64,000 bases of DNA from Takakia lepidozioides (Eukaryota > Plantae > Bryophyta): contig CM060732.1 in NCBI GenBank assembly GCA_030704615.1, positions 81,592,001 through 81,656,000 on the forward strand, written 5' to 3'. The translations under genes and the position numbers were made by a program. Positions 23,891 to 36,775 of this stretch are shown here, piece after piece. How positions within the stretch are numbered: the first letter of the stretch is position 1; the number at the start of each line of letters is the position of its first letter. The notes beneath the pieces were generated by a model, which saw only the letters and a list, made by a program, of their open reading frames with translations, had not been told where the DNA came from and searched no databases.

Positions 23891-24999
23891 GTGAGCACAG
23901 GTCCCACCTTCGTGTGCGGTGTGCAGAAAACTTATGCGGCCGACATTGTCATTCTCGACATCCCGGATGGCCAGGCTGTGCCAGAAGTTCTTCCAAAGGG
24001 CAAGACGCCAGGGTGGAACAAATTCGAGGACAACTACTGGAGTTGGGTATTCGGGTTCTGTAACAATTTCCTCTCTGATGCAGGGACACTTCTGTTTTTT
24101 CAGTCATGTGACAATGATAGTCGTCGGGCATTGGCATCATACCTCAAGTCTTCAGGGTTTGAAGTTTTGCGCACATGGAATTGTGTGAACAGCCTCTACC
24201 TTGTGAAAGGGGGTTTCCTTGGTCAGCTGGTATGCCGTCTGCCTTCTGCTTATGCTTTGATCATGAGTTTCAATTTTCTCTGCAGCTCCACTCTAGTAGA
24301 ATGTTTTATGATCGACACCGATCATCAACGATTCATGGTTTTTTGGTGTCAGAGTTCTGAATAGCCGATGTACACACTTCCACTTTAGATTGTGTTTACC
24401 ACACTAACCTGCTATCTTTGGCAGACGAGGATGTTCGAGGCGATCTGCCTGCGGAGGATTCGCACATCAAAGACACCATCCTCCATCCGCAGCTTTGAGA
24501 TTTCTGACCAGGGTTGTTTCGTCAACCCCCCCTATGAGCCCCATGTCGATGACATTTTGTACAACTTCATGCAGTCCAGTCAGACTCTGAAGAGACCAGA
24601 TGGCACTCCCTGGAGAGGTGCAAAGGAAAAGTCACCAGCATTCATGCAAATACTGCTGGAGTCATGCAGCCACCGCTCTGCACGGGTGGTCGATCTTTCT
24701 GTGTCCACAGGTTCGTTTTCTCCCTTCCGAATTGGTTTCCTTTCAACAGTTTCATCTGCTTAAATCCCCTCCTCCAAACTGTTTATGTTCTCCTGTCTGG
24801 TGCAGGAGCAACTTACCACGCATGCAAGGCAGGCGGAAGAAGCCTTTTTGGTATGGAGGGTGATTCTGACCTCTACAACACAGTGCTCCTCCCCCTTTTG
24901 TCTGGCTCCACTTCAGGCACACAGACTGATCGGATTCATATTCGAAATGATGACGATCCCGAAGATAAGCAGGTCGACAACGACTTTTCATGTGAGTAA
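23891..24999 (+). pseudogene. Spliced beta-class N6A/N4C DNA methyltransferase-like fragment (exons ~23891-24229, 24425-24710, 24806-~24990)
   Basis: DIVILDIPDG sits at the DPPY-motif position; EKSPAFMQILLESCS..VVDLSVSTG|ATYHACKAGGRSLFGME matches the EKP..LI..S...VLDPFxGxGTT..A...GR..IGxE pattern; GT-AG introns keep the frame; no start exon found. Confidence 0.7.
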
Positions 25000-25521
25000 G
25001 TGCTAAACCCTCTTTGGGAGTCATACTCAATTTCTCGATAACATCAAAGTTACAGTAATAACTTTTTCAGGCTGTCTTTCAGGAAAGCCAGCGGTGGATC
25101 TTCAGGAGATACAGTCATTTTTGGCGAGTCTGTTTTCGACAGCCCCCTTTCCAATTTTCTGCTCCATGTTTATGCCGAAGCAATGGCACTTCACGCGTCC
25201 GAGTCCCTATCCCCTGACTTTTTAGTGGCCAGCCGTAGGTGTATCCAGCGTGGATCCAGTGTTCTAAAATACTTAGACTTAGATGCAGAGGAAGAGGGGA
25301 TACATTGTACTGACTCTGAGTCAGACTGAACTGTATTCTTTTAATATTCATTTTCATATTATCTGGAAAACGTTGAATCCCCTTACTCTACCGTAGTTGT
25401 TCCTTTAGAACAAATAATAATCACAGAATCAACTTTCGTTTAAATTGCTATATGTATGAATCCATCTCACAAACCTTCCTGACTCTTCTCATATCCATTG
25501 TGCATTCATCTACACTGTATT

Positions 25522-26017
25522 CATGCGTGCTCCATTCATGAAAGCTTCCTTTGTACAACATCCATTGTACATTCATCCTGTGTACTCTTTAATCCACCCC
25601 ACAAACCTTCCACACTCATTTCATATACTTTGTGCATTCGTCAAAAATTTGGTCATGCATCTTCCTGTCATGAATTTTTGTCATTGCTCAACATCCATTA
25701 TACATTCATCCATTTTACTCTTATCCATCCGTCATTCATCCATCTACATAGATTTTTCAAACTCATCCATCTATTTATCATCCAACTGTACATTCATCCA
25801 TCATTTATTCAATGCCTTTTATTATGTCGTCCTGCTTGTTGCCGCGGTAAATGGTGCCAATCCGCGGGAATACACTCCACTTCTTTCTGGGTGCGTGGTG
25901 ACTTGGCCTCCACGTGTGATGACGTGGACTGAGCCCCCTGACGTGGCATTTGCGCAAGGTGACGTGGCGTGAGCGCAGTCGCGCTCACGTGACCAGGCTC
26001 ACGCCGAGGCATCCCTG
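25522..26017 (+). repeat. ~500-bp element terminus, copy 2, abutting the gypsy DNMT domain
   Basis: Direct repeat of 22732-23237, ending GGCATCCCTG at 26017. Confidence 0.85.
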
Positions 26018-26720
26018 GTAGTGGCAGGTTGGCCCTGCCAAGGGCATTCATCAGCCGGGCATGGCAATGGATTGCGAGACTCAAGGACGGGTCTGTTTTA
26101 GGAGATGGTGCGGATTTTGCGCCACTTGCAGCTTCATCAAGCTGTATCTCCAGCATACATCTTGGAGAATGAGCCACTGATGGGTGATTCTCGGGCCAGG
26201 GTGATGGCCAGTGTGCATCAAGTCCGGTCGTGGCTTGGGTCAACAGTGTTGCTGGATGCAGCTGCAGTGGGGTCATGGGCTCATCGTCCATGGCTATGGT
26301 GGACTAACTTGATGCCACCCGCACTGCTCAAGCGTGCATTTGGTGGGGTGCAGCGGCCAGCACACCTCACAGTGGATAGCATTTTGGACACAGGGAGGCA
26401 GTCTCAACGTGTGAGACACGATGACCGTTCGCCTTTGGCAGTGGTCAACCGGGTGGGTCAACCACAAGCAGCATTACCTACACTGCTCAGCTTCCCAAGA
26501 TCCCATGCTTTTCGGGATGGTGGACCTGGCCTCTTGTGGGATAGCCAGTTGCAACAATTAGTGGAGCCCAATGCTGACGAGCGCGAGCGGGCGATGGGTT
26601 TTACCACAGGTACCACGCCGGTGCCATCTCTTTCTGAGGCATCACGTCGTCAGGTGTTGGGGCAAACAATGGATCTCAATTGCTTGACCTGGATTATCAG
26701 CTTGGCTATGGCTGAGCAGC
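26018..26720 (+). pseudogene. C5-cytosine DNA methyltransferase domain inside the gypsy pol frame
   Basis: Motif IV VVAGWPCQGHS (26018-26050), motif VI YILENE, motif VIII DAAAVGSWAHRPWLWWTN, motifs IX/X ERERAMGF..RRQVLGQ; in-frame TAG at 26099. Confidence 0.85.
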
Positions 26721-29700
26721 GCATAGTATGGAGTACACTTCCCTTCATGGTCTCCCTGCCTACCGAGACGGTACAGGCAGCGAGTGGGGGCAAGCAGGCG
26801 AGGACCACGAGGTGCAGGCCGCATCCATGGCACACGTAGGAGGTGCTCGAGGTTCAGAAGGAGTTGGCAGCCAAGGCGGCGGTGATGGATCAGGTTAGGG
26901 ATTTTTCTTGGATTGAGGAGGTCCTCAAGGATGGGATGATGGGGCAGGATGAGACATTGTCATTGACAGAGGAGGCAGTGGTCACTGCTCAAGATGTTGC
27001 AACATAGCAATCACGGGACGCGTCTTCTACCTCTAAGCCTGCTCGACTCAAGGTTGCAGTCACGGAGGACAAATGGGAGCCTGATGTTGGACCTATAGTC
27101 ACCGGAGGAGAGAGACGACGTATACGGCGGTTCTTGAGGGCTTACAGGAACTGCTTTGCTTTCAGTTTGAAGGACTTAGGAGCACTGAAGGGTCAAGAGA
27201 TTCGCATTGAATTGGCTACTGACACGCCAATCTTTCGGAGACCCTATAGATACAGTGACATGGAGAGGTCCTTGATTCAGATGAGAACTCAGGACCTTTG
27301 GGAGGCTGGTTTGGTGGAGCCATCTGGGGGAGAGTATGCTTCAGCCACAGTGATGCCAGCCAAGAAGGATGTCTTTGGCAATTGGACGGAGAGACGTATG
27401 TGCGGTGATTACCAGCCTGTAAATCGTCAGACCAAGTCCGATAGGTATGCCATGCCAACACCAGAGGAGATCTTTGATGCCATTGGGCATACCAAGGTCT
27501 TTAGCACGTTGGATTTACGATCCGGATATCACCAGTTGTCGATCAAGGAGGCGGATAAGCAAAAGACGACATTCTGGGGGATCAATGAGCACGGGAAGGA
27601 TTGCCTATACCAGTGGCGGTTCTTACCATTTGGGCTTAAGAACGCTCCGGCAGAGTTTCAAAGAGTCATGGACATGATTCTAGCAGGGGTGGAGTTTGCT
27701 CGGTGCTACATAGATGACATCATCATCTTTAGTGCTACGGTGGAAGAACATGAGAGACACCTTCAGGGGATATTTGAGCGCTTGAGGGCGCACGGATTGA
27801 AGTTACATCCGGGAAAGTGCAAGTTTTTCCACAACCAGATTGAGTATCTGGGTCACATGATATACCCTGGAGGATTGGGGGTACAGCAGACTAAGGTAGA
27901 GTCCATTGCACAGGTTCCACGCCCCACGGATGTGAGCCGAGTTTGAGCTTTCATGGGGTTAACAAACTATTATAGACAGTTTGTTAAGGGATTTAGTGCC
28001 ATTGCAAAGGCTCTAACCAAGCTGACCAAGGTGGACCAGGAGTGGCAGTGGGAAGATGAGCAAGAACAAGCTTTTCAAGAGCTCAAGGCGAGGTTGACCT
28101 CGGCACCCATCTTGAGACGACCTATCAGGGGGCGTCCTTTTCAGCTGCATACAGATTGGAGCATGCTGGGGCTTGGAGCGGTGCTCACACAGGTGGATGA
28201 TGAGGGAGGAGAGTTCGTAGTGGCTTATGCTAGCCGCTCGAACACCGTTGCAGAGTCTAAGTATAGCTCATATGAGGGAGAATGCTTAGCTGCAGTGTGG
28301 GCCGTGACACACTTCAGGTGCTATCTATACGGCAATCTCTTCACCCTTGTCACGGATCACCAACCACTCAAGTGGTTGATGGAGTCAGACAAGCTTACGG
28401 GGAAGCTTGCATGGTGGGCACTCATCCTTCAAGAGTATGACTTTCAGGTGGTGCATCGACCGGGTTTGGTCAATCGCAATGCAGATGGGTTGAGTCGCAA
28501 TCCATGCACGAGCCAGCAGGATGACATTGGAGCTCGGTGGCATGGTGAGACGGACGAGGAGATGGTGCCCGGATGACATGCATCTGCATTTATGTGTATC
28601 TTGGTAGCGGAAGGCCAGGTTGGACCTGCAACAGGGATGACTATAGATCAAGTGTCTGAGGACCCTGAGGCCAGCAATGAGCAAGGTGGCGCCAAAGATA
28701 TACATGAGGATTCAGTTGTGTTGGACTACCTCCGCACTGGAGACACTGTAGCCACTGTGACTGCCAAGGAGAGGGATCGGATCCTACAACGAGCCAAGAG
28801 GTTCAAGTGGGAGGGGACACACCTGCTCCGAGTATGGGAGGATGGTCGATTGAGGATTGTGCCTCACCCAACACAACGGGCACGGTTAGTGCGGCATGCC
28901 CATGAGGAGTTGGGGCATTTTGGGGTGCGACTCACTCATAGTCTACTGCAGGGGCAGTATTGGTGGCGTGGTATGCACACAGAGGTGCAACAATTTGTGG
29001 CTAGGTGCATGGTGTGTGACAGGGTGCGTGCTTCATTCAACGCCCCTACTCCACAATTGCACCCTCTTCCGATCATGGGATTGGGCTACAGGTGGAGTCT
29101 TGACTTCGCAGGGCCGTTGCCACTGACCATGCGCCACAACAAGTACATGTTGGTGATGGTGGAGCACTTCTCCAAGTGGATTGAATTGGTTCCATTGCCT
29201 GATAAGGCTAGTGAGGGAGCTGCGTATGCATTCTTGGATTGTGTGCTTAGCCGATTCGGTGCTCCAGCTGAGGTACTCACGGACCAAGGGAGAGAGTTCC
29301 TTGGGGAGTTTCAGGCTTTGTGTGACAAGACCTTGATAGACCACCGCACCACTTCTCGGGATCATCCTGAGGCCGATGGCTTGGCAGAGAGAGTTGTTCA
29401 GACAGTAAAGAGGGGTTTGCACAAGTATGGCTTGCAAAAGGGACACCTAGGAGTTACCCTGGTTAGCCATGGGCTACAGGTTCAGCAAGCAAGCATCACT
29501 TGCCTCCTTCTCACCATACTTTCTTCTCTTTGGCCGAGAGCCGGATTTGCCTACATCCATTCGCAGAGAAGTTGCTACAGTTCTTAACCTTGACGATCCG
29601 GACGTGTGGGCACGTGCATGTGAGCAGCGTGCAGAGTTGTTCAAGAAAGTCATGCCCATGGCTTTCGAGAACTTTGCCATTGCACAACATCGTGATATGT

Positions 29701-30385
29701 TGAGGTATGCTACCATACGTGATGGGGGCTATCGTCATGGGGTTCGGAGATTCAACCCTGGTGACTATGTTTATCTGCAGCAGACTGCTCCTACGACCTT
29801 GGATGTGACTGCAGGACGTACTATTTTGAGGGTTCGAGAGGTGTTGCCCTCAGGAGTCCTGATCTTGGAGGGTCGGGATGGCATGATTTGGAAGGACCAT
29901 GTGCGTAATTGCGTGCCATGTCACCTTCCAAATGTTGATGGAAGGGTTGACCCAAACCTGGCAGTGGTACCTGCAAGTTTGAGGTGCATGTTGTGTGGGT
30001 CTGCTAGAGGGGCAGCCACCATGCTGGTGTGTGATCAATGCTCTAGAGGTTGGCATATGGGATGCTTGACTCCACCTCTTGAGATGGTTCCTGATGGGGA
30101 TTGGTTATGTCCGCATTGCATTGGATAGTGGGAGTGGATACAACCATGGAAGGCTAACAAGAAATGCAAGGCCAAGCTACTAGGAGACCAACACACGAGA
30201 TCCTGACTCAAGTTCACAGATTGCAAGACGGCAACTAACGATGGGGTTGCTCTTGTACCCGGCCTCTTGGTCTATAGAGTTTGAGTACAATAAGGACAGT
30301 GATAGAGGACTTAGTACGGCTGTGGCTATTACATCTTGTAGCTATCTGGAATTAGAGGGACCTAACCACCAACTAGGGGGGCGAT

Positions 30386-30981
30386 TGTGGTATAGCTTTC
30401 TAGGATTGTGTGCTTAGATTGTGTGGTGGACAGCGATGTATGTTGTGGCACGATGCTTAGGTGCACGACAGCTGTCATGGTTTTAGTCATGGTTATCTAG
30501 AATTACCTACTTCTAGTTAACTAGGACATTTTAGATATTTATATTTATATTTTGTGTGTTGGGACTTTATTTGGTCTCACATGCCAAGTGAGGTGTCGAG
30601 CCTCACTTGAGACATGGAGATAGGTTTTCCCCTTGTGAGTGTTGAGGAGGCTCATCTTCTTGTAGTTGAGCCTCCATGAGCTTCTCTCACCTCCATAGCT
30701 CTAGGTATTGAGAGGGAGTGTGTTGAGGGCTTTGTAGGGTGGATTCCTTTAGCAAAGGTGCCCTTGGCTTGACTTAGTTTATGTGATAGAGTGGATTTCA
30801 CTTGGAAGGACTAGGGCTTGTTCTTCATGTGATTGCTTCATGCTTTGAGAGCTTTCATTGTCTTCTACTTCTCTCATTTCTCATCTCTTATCATATTGTG
30901 GTATAGCTTTCTAGGATTGTGTACTTAGATTGTGTGGTGGACAACGATGTATGTTGTGGCACGATGCTTAGGTGCACGACA
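30386..30981 (+). repeat. 3' LTR of the gypsy element (TG...CA)
   Basis: Follows purine tract AGGGGGGCGAT; begins TGTGG, ends CGACA; first and last 85 bp are direct repeats. Confidence 0.8.
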
Positions 30982-33900
30982 ACACGATCATTGCTGCCAA
31001 GGTAAATTTCCCGACAAAATCCAATTTTTGTAACAACATGAACCTCCACTGGCTCCATGAACTTTAAACAACATGTTTGTTAGGTCAATATCATTTCTGA
31101 CCTTATTCAATTCTTTCGGAGGAACTTGTGCAAGACGTAGACGACGACAATCTTAAGAAGTACTACACTGACTGGCCCTCAAAGATTATATGGTCAAAGG
31201 ATCTGATGAGGCTCATGAAGCTATCTAAGCTCCTAAACGACCCGAATAAGGCACAGAGATTTGACACAACGTTTCCCAAGAAAGTTGCACATGCCCGAAA
31301 TTTCTTCGAGCTGAGGGGGAGGCCGAAAAAGTACAACGATCACACAATGAAGTCGGAGACTAGACAATGGAAGGTAAATGATTCATTGTGTTTTCCGTTC
31401 CTTTTGCTAGAGAACCAAAATATTCTCAAGCTTGGATTTAATGTGACGAACGGAGACCGCATTTCGAAGCAGGAGACAGTACAAAAATAGCTTCATAAGG
31501 GAGGGTGCTACAATGAACGAGCGGGATGGTTCAGCATTTGGAAATTCGACATGATGGGGTCTTTTGTAATTGTCTTGTTTGGTAATGAGGTGCTTGTCCA
31601 GCTCTTATTTTCCCAATCTATTTATGTTCTCCACCTGTAACAGTTCCGCAAATGTGCCACAAAAATACTTGAAACATTATATGATCATGAAAACGTGATG
31701 TTGCGGAGAACGCTTCCAAAACTTTTCATGCTCATTGGGTTTTTCAAGGATTTTCTTTGTACACTCTTGGAACTGTTCCTGGTGGAGAACATGAACAGAT
31801 TGGACAAATTTGACTTGGAGGAACACTGCATTCCGAAGCAGGAGACACTACAGAAAGAGCTTCAAATTACAAGACACAACAATATGGACAGAGATGAATT
31901 CACAATCGAATCATCACTTGGTGTATAGTATAATTGACAAGATAGTTGTGACTATTGTTTCATCTCAAGATTAATATCAAATATTGAATGAAATGTCTAA
32001 TTTTGGCCTTGATAATTTTCGTAGGAATTTATGCAAGCATGTCAACTCATACTGGAGATGAATAGCGTGAAGGAGGTCATGGTTCTGGTTCTCTGTGACG
32101 AAGACGTATGGAACCTGTGGGAAGAGGTTTTCAAACAGTGGGAATAAGGGAAGCTTATTGATATTTTCGGGATTCAGTGCAAGGGCGAACAGCTACTGCT
32201 GAATAAAACCGCTATCGCGAAATTGCAAGGACTTAATAGCAGGCAGTTGAAAAGAGTGGCGGAGAAAATCCTAAATAGAGACATTTGCATTTGGGGAACG
32301 AAATTCAAGGGCGCGGACAAATCCAAAAACACAATGAGCGCGTATATTGACCAAATGAAATTGCGACGGTTTATTATCGACGATGTAATGGAAGTCTTAG
32401 GGTGGCCTCGGAGGAGCAAACAGAACCCGGAACCGTATACCAAATAGGAGTGGCGTGATGTTAAAAAAAAATACAACTTCAACAAAGCTGAGTTTGAAAC
32501 ATTTCGAGATAGGCTCGGGAACGACTACATTGTTAGCAAACAGAAGATGAATATGGAGACGCAACCAATGACTACTGCCTTCAAGAAGTATGTCTTGTTG
32601 TGCAAGCAGACCTTCGAGGATAACCAAAATGCCCTGGCGATTCTACACACGAGTTTCAGGTCCCATTACATACAGCTGGGGGGAAACCAGAAATTTGCTG
32701 ATGCCAGATCACAGTTGGGACTTGCACCAAATAATCGGTTCGACGACATATCCATGGTGTTCGTCAATACAGTTTGTGATGATGACTCTGTTGTCTTCGA
32801 GACAAAGGACTACTCAAATATCTTGGATGCTTTTGTGGCTCGGCAGCTCATGTCCAGTGCTTTTGTGTTTTTCTCCACACAAGAATCATCGGGAAATCTT
32901 GTGTCATACGTCCGGAATGGCCCTGGATCAAAATCGTTTATTATTCGACAGGGTTATTACATTCCTGGCGAGTTTGAATCACCTTACAAGAGCTGCACGA
33001 CTATATTCTCCCGGACGGTCCTCTGCCTCGACTACGTATTTCCGGCAACAGCTGAGGAGATGGTGAATCCGGACGACCACATTCAAACTGTTTTGTTATC
33101 GCCGGACCCAATTAATCCCATTATCCAAGGACTAGATGTAGACCCGACCTCGCAGGAGATGGAGTGCAGGACTTACAATCATGAGCTGAGGCCGGACACC
33201 TACGATTACTTGGTTTTTTTTTTTAGTAGGGACGAGATGTCTTGTGTGAACATTTTCGGAGGACTGGTAATGACATACGTTCTGCTTGTAAGCGGATTCT
33301 GCATCTTGGAATTGTCTGTGTTTTCAGTTTTCCGGATTTAACTCTCGTATTATTGACGTTGTCGGAAAAACATGTTTAACCTGTGTCTGATTGTTCCATT
33401 TTGTTAACCTCCACTGGGCAGTGGAGGTTCATGTTATTGGAGTTGTGGGTGTTTTGGGTGTTTGTTATTCTGCAGATTAGTGTGTTTGGTAGTTGTCTCA
33501 AAAGAAAGCCTAACCCTTTCAATCTTTCCATGGTTGGTGTTCGTCGGATTTATTTTGATATCATTGTTTGGTTTCATTGCAGGAAAGAAATATTCGTGTG
33601 CTCGACATAAACTTTGTAACAAAAAAGAAATTTTGTAGAAGCAAGGTGGAGGCCTATTTTAGGACCCTCCAGATTGACAATCAGACTATCGCAGGAGAGG
33701 GAGATGACGGAGACTCACTGCAGGATGACGAAGTGGACGAAGAAGATGATGACGAAGGACACGACAAGGATCAGGACGAGGAAATGGAGGAGAAACAAGA
33801 AGAGGACGATGAGGAGGAGAAAGACAAAGATGAGAACATGAAAATCGTCAACGGAGTCTAGGGGCAGATGCGGCTAATGTTGGAAAGGGAAAGAGAGGGC

Positions 33901-34200
33901 CAGGAAATTTCACGGTTTGGTAATCTAGGTAGTACTCCAAATACCCAAGAACGCGTTGCGCCACAAGATGTACACAATCTGGATAGCTCTTCCTTCAGTT
34001 CCGATAACACCACGAATAATAATCCGGATTCTCCAAGTGGACAAGAAGCGACATCGACGGAATTAGTTGAAACCCTCGGTCAAGGGTTCACACCTGTGGA
34101 AGGTGACGAGCCATTGATTATGTCACCGGATCCCGTTAACAATCGTCGTGAGCTGGTGTCCCAGAATGTCACCCAAGATCTGGTTCTGGATGTAGGTAAC
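30982..34200 (+). pseudogene. Spliced cargo gene with a highly diverged amino-methyltransferase-like C-terminal region and acidic tail; 5' part lost at the gypsy insertion
   Basis: Exon-like frames 31128-31372, 32025-33287 (two stops) and 33582-; ELRPDTYDYLVFFFSRDEMSCVNIFGG resembles the beta-MTase EKP..LI..FS..VLDxFxG segment; the remnant HTIIAAK at 30982-31001 may be the end of a ParB-type GxH motif. Confidence 0.4.
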
Positions 34201-35162
34201 GAATGACAATTAGTGAAAGTTTATTCGTACACACTTCTGAATACAATATGACAATATTGTAATTATACATACTTGTGAGTGGAATAATCCGAATGTTATT
34301 TCAAAATTATAATATTGTAATTATATATAATCCCAATGTTTTTCCTATATCCGTCTTTCCGAATAAAACATATTTCCATCCGGATACATATTTCCGTTCG
34401 CACACCTTTGTGAACAGCCACTAACCGATTTGGATAACTTTTCTTGTAGATCCAAGAATCCAATTCGGAGGAAATGACACACACAAGAAAATGATCAAAG
34501 GACACTCAAACGGTGAAGAGACACGTGGATCTGACACTGAGGGCCAGGTCACCTGAGCCCGTTCCGCAAGTAACCTCCATTGTCCAGTCGACGTTGCCAT
34601 CAAGGGACGCAGGGATTGAGTCGGAGAATCCTCCTACTCGCAGGGGAGGAAAAGAGACAGAGCACCACAATCGCGTAATCCAACAACAGATCCCGATTCG
34701 GGTAAAACATTGGATTTTTCCTTATTACTCTTATAATTGGTCTTTCAGTCTCATCTTTGGTATTGCTCAATTTGGTAATTTTGTTAGATCATTTTGGACC
34801 ACCATAATCGTCATCCGTGGGATTTTTCATTAATTTCCTGTAGATTCGTGAGACGACGTCTGAGGAGATCAAACACACGAGGACCAACTCCATCGACACT
34901 GAGACGGTGAAGAGAAGAGTGGATCGAACAATTATTGTCGCTCTATCTGAGCCGGTCATACAAGTTACCTCTATTGGACAGTCGAGGTTGCCATCTGGCT
35001 CCACAGAGAAGGACGATAACGTTGGACGTAGCGATGAGAAAGAGGAGGAGCAGCCTGCCCAGGGATCTCAGCGGCCCACTCCAAAATCGTTAATTGATTT
35101 CAACTCCATTCTTCTGTTTGTCTACTTTGGGATTTCTCAAATTGAATTAATAATGAACTCTT

Positions 35163-35930
35163 ATGTTATTCCACAGGACAACATGTATTACCCGTCAGTC
35201 GACTATTCCCTTTCTGTCAATCCAAACGATCTGCATTCCCTTCCTTGGGGACCGAACGGATGCCGGCCAGGATACTACGGTCCTGGTTCTGGACATCGGT
35301 TACCTTTGTGAGGTTTTCCTAAAGGATGGAAAGAGAACATCTCCTGCCACCCAGCCTTGTATCTCCGCAGGGAAATTCAAGTTAGCTACGCGAAACGGTC
35401 TTGACGAATTCGTTAAGTGGGCCGTCAAAAAGTTTGCTGTTTGTTTTTTGAACACTGGACCTGAAATGAACGTCGAGACTATCGCCAAGGCCGTGTTCGG
35501 GAAGTACTATTCCCAGGTCAGAACTTACAACAGTGAGAATTCCGTCATGCATAGATCGACATTCAACGAAAAATGGCCTAAAGCTCCAAAAAATCCCATG
35601 TACTTTAAACGTCTTTACGACATTTTCGCTGAGGAAGACCCGACGGCTTACAAATCCAATACTCTCCTCATCGACACTGTAGACAATATGTACAAGTCCT
35701 ACTTGAACCCGTTAGGACATACCATCTTCCTTCCAAAGTATAAGGCGCGCGTGGACCCTGACAGGGATAAATTTCTACTGGAAGAGCTCAAGCCTCACCT
35801 TAACATGTTCCGGTTATCGGGGATGGATGTCATGCCATTCAATGACCTACATCATTTTGGCGTTTCGAAGGATTTCTTCGAGGACGACCCAACGGTCAAA
35901 TTTCTTAGAGACTTTGATTATAGGTGGTAG
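35163..35930 (+). CDS. FCP1/NIF-like HAD-superfamily phosphatase-homology domain (catalytic motif degenerate)
   Basis: VLVLDIG, RNGLDEFV..F.V, YFKRL, NTLLID, YLNP follow NIF motif order; probably an internal exon. Confidence 0.6.
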   Translation: MLFHRTTCITRQSTIPFLSIQTICIPFLGDRTDAGQDTTVLVLDIGYLCEVFLKDGKRTSPATQPCISAGKFKLATRNGLDEFVKWAVKKFAVCFLNTGPEMNVETIAKAVFGKYYSQVRTYNSENSVMHRSTFNEKWPKAPKNPMYFKRLYDIFAEEDPTAYKSNTLLIDTVDNMYKSYLNPLGHTIFLPKYKARVDPDRDKFLLEELKPHLNMFRLSGMDVMPFNDLHHFGVSKDFFEDDPTVKFLRDFDYRW

Positions 35931-36092
35931 AAATTTCTTAGCAATCTCACGTTGCGTGCCGCTGCATTGGGACATAAAATATTTTAACTGAGTTTGGTGA
36001 ACCTCGGCTGTCCAGTGGACGTTCTTGTTCACTTTCCTGGTGTCGGTTTTTCCAATGCATTGTACTGTTCCCTTTTATCATCCTAAGTATGA

Positions 36093-36775
36093 ATGACTCT
36101 CTGGCAGATTGGAGCACCTGTTTCTCCTCCTGCGCAAGGGTTGCGTTTGATTATTTTTGACGTGAATGGAGTCTTGTGCAAAATCTTGAAGCACCAGAAG
36201 ACCTACAATGTCCCCCGGTTTTCAGAATCGGACTACAGAATTCCAGCTCTTGTCGGATTCCGACTTGTCTTTAGACGGGAGAAATATCGCGAAGTGTGGA
36301 CAGAGTTGCACAAACACTACCGGTTAGGGATTTGGAGCTCTATGATGTACAAGAACTTGTAGCCCATCCTGGATTTTTTGCTTCGTGGTCTACCTCAACC
36401 GGCCTTTGTTATGTCTCAAAGATGATTGTATTTCATGCCCTACTTCGGTTCACCCTCAATTCAAATCAGGATTGGACCCTCCTCATTTGTTTTTGAAGCC
36501 ACTGGTCAAGGTCTGGAAGGGATTTGGTGGGCAATACACCAAGAGTAACACTCTGCTCATTGACGACACCGCCATGAAGTGTATTGAACCCGCCCGACTC
36601 ATGTCTTGTTCTCAAACCGTTCCAGACCGTTGAGACTGATGGTTGCTATCTTCTCAAGGTTCTTCAGACCTGTTTGCTTGGAATGAGGAAACATCCCACT
36701 GTTTCAAGCTATCTTAGGAAAAAAAAGATAGGGTTGAGTTTTTTTTCCCAATGTTTCAAACGATCCCAAGTTTAG
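36093..36775 (+). pseudogene. Second FCP1/NIF-like domain, with stop and frameshifts
   Basis: LIIFDVNGVL, LGIWSS, FLKPL, NTLLIDD, NPP. Confidence 0.65.

Larger units (their letters stand above)
26018..30981 (+). mobile_element. 5'-truncated Ty3/gypsy LTR retrotransposon: DNMT - RT - RNase H - integrase - PHD finger - PPT - 3' LTR
   Basis: RT (LDLRSGYHQ, LPFGLKNAP, YIDDIII), RNase H (LHTDWS, TDHQPL), integrase (H-H-C-C zinc finger, WSLDFAG, TDQG, AERV) in gypsy domain order; several stops and one frameshift near 29450. Confidence 0.93.

Noticed and set aside
22732-26017. 500-bp direct repeats as LTRs of a retroelement
   Set aside because: No TG...CA ends, PBS, PPT or TSD; better explained as duplicated DNA-element termini
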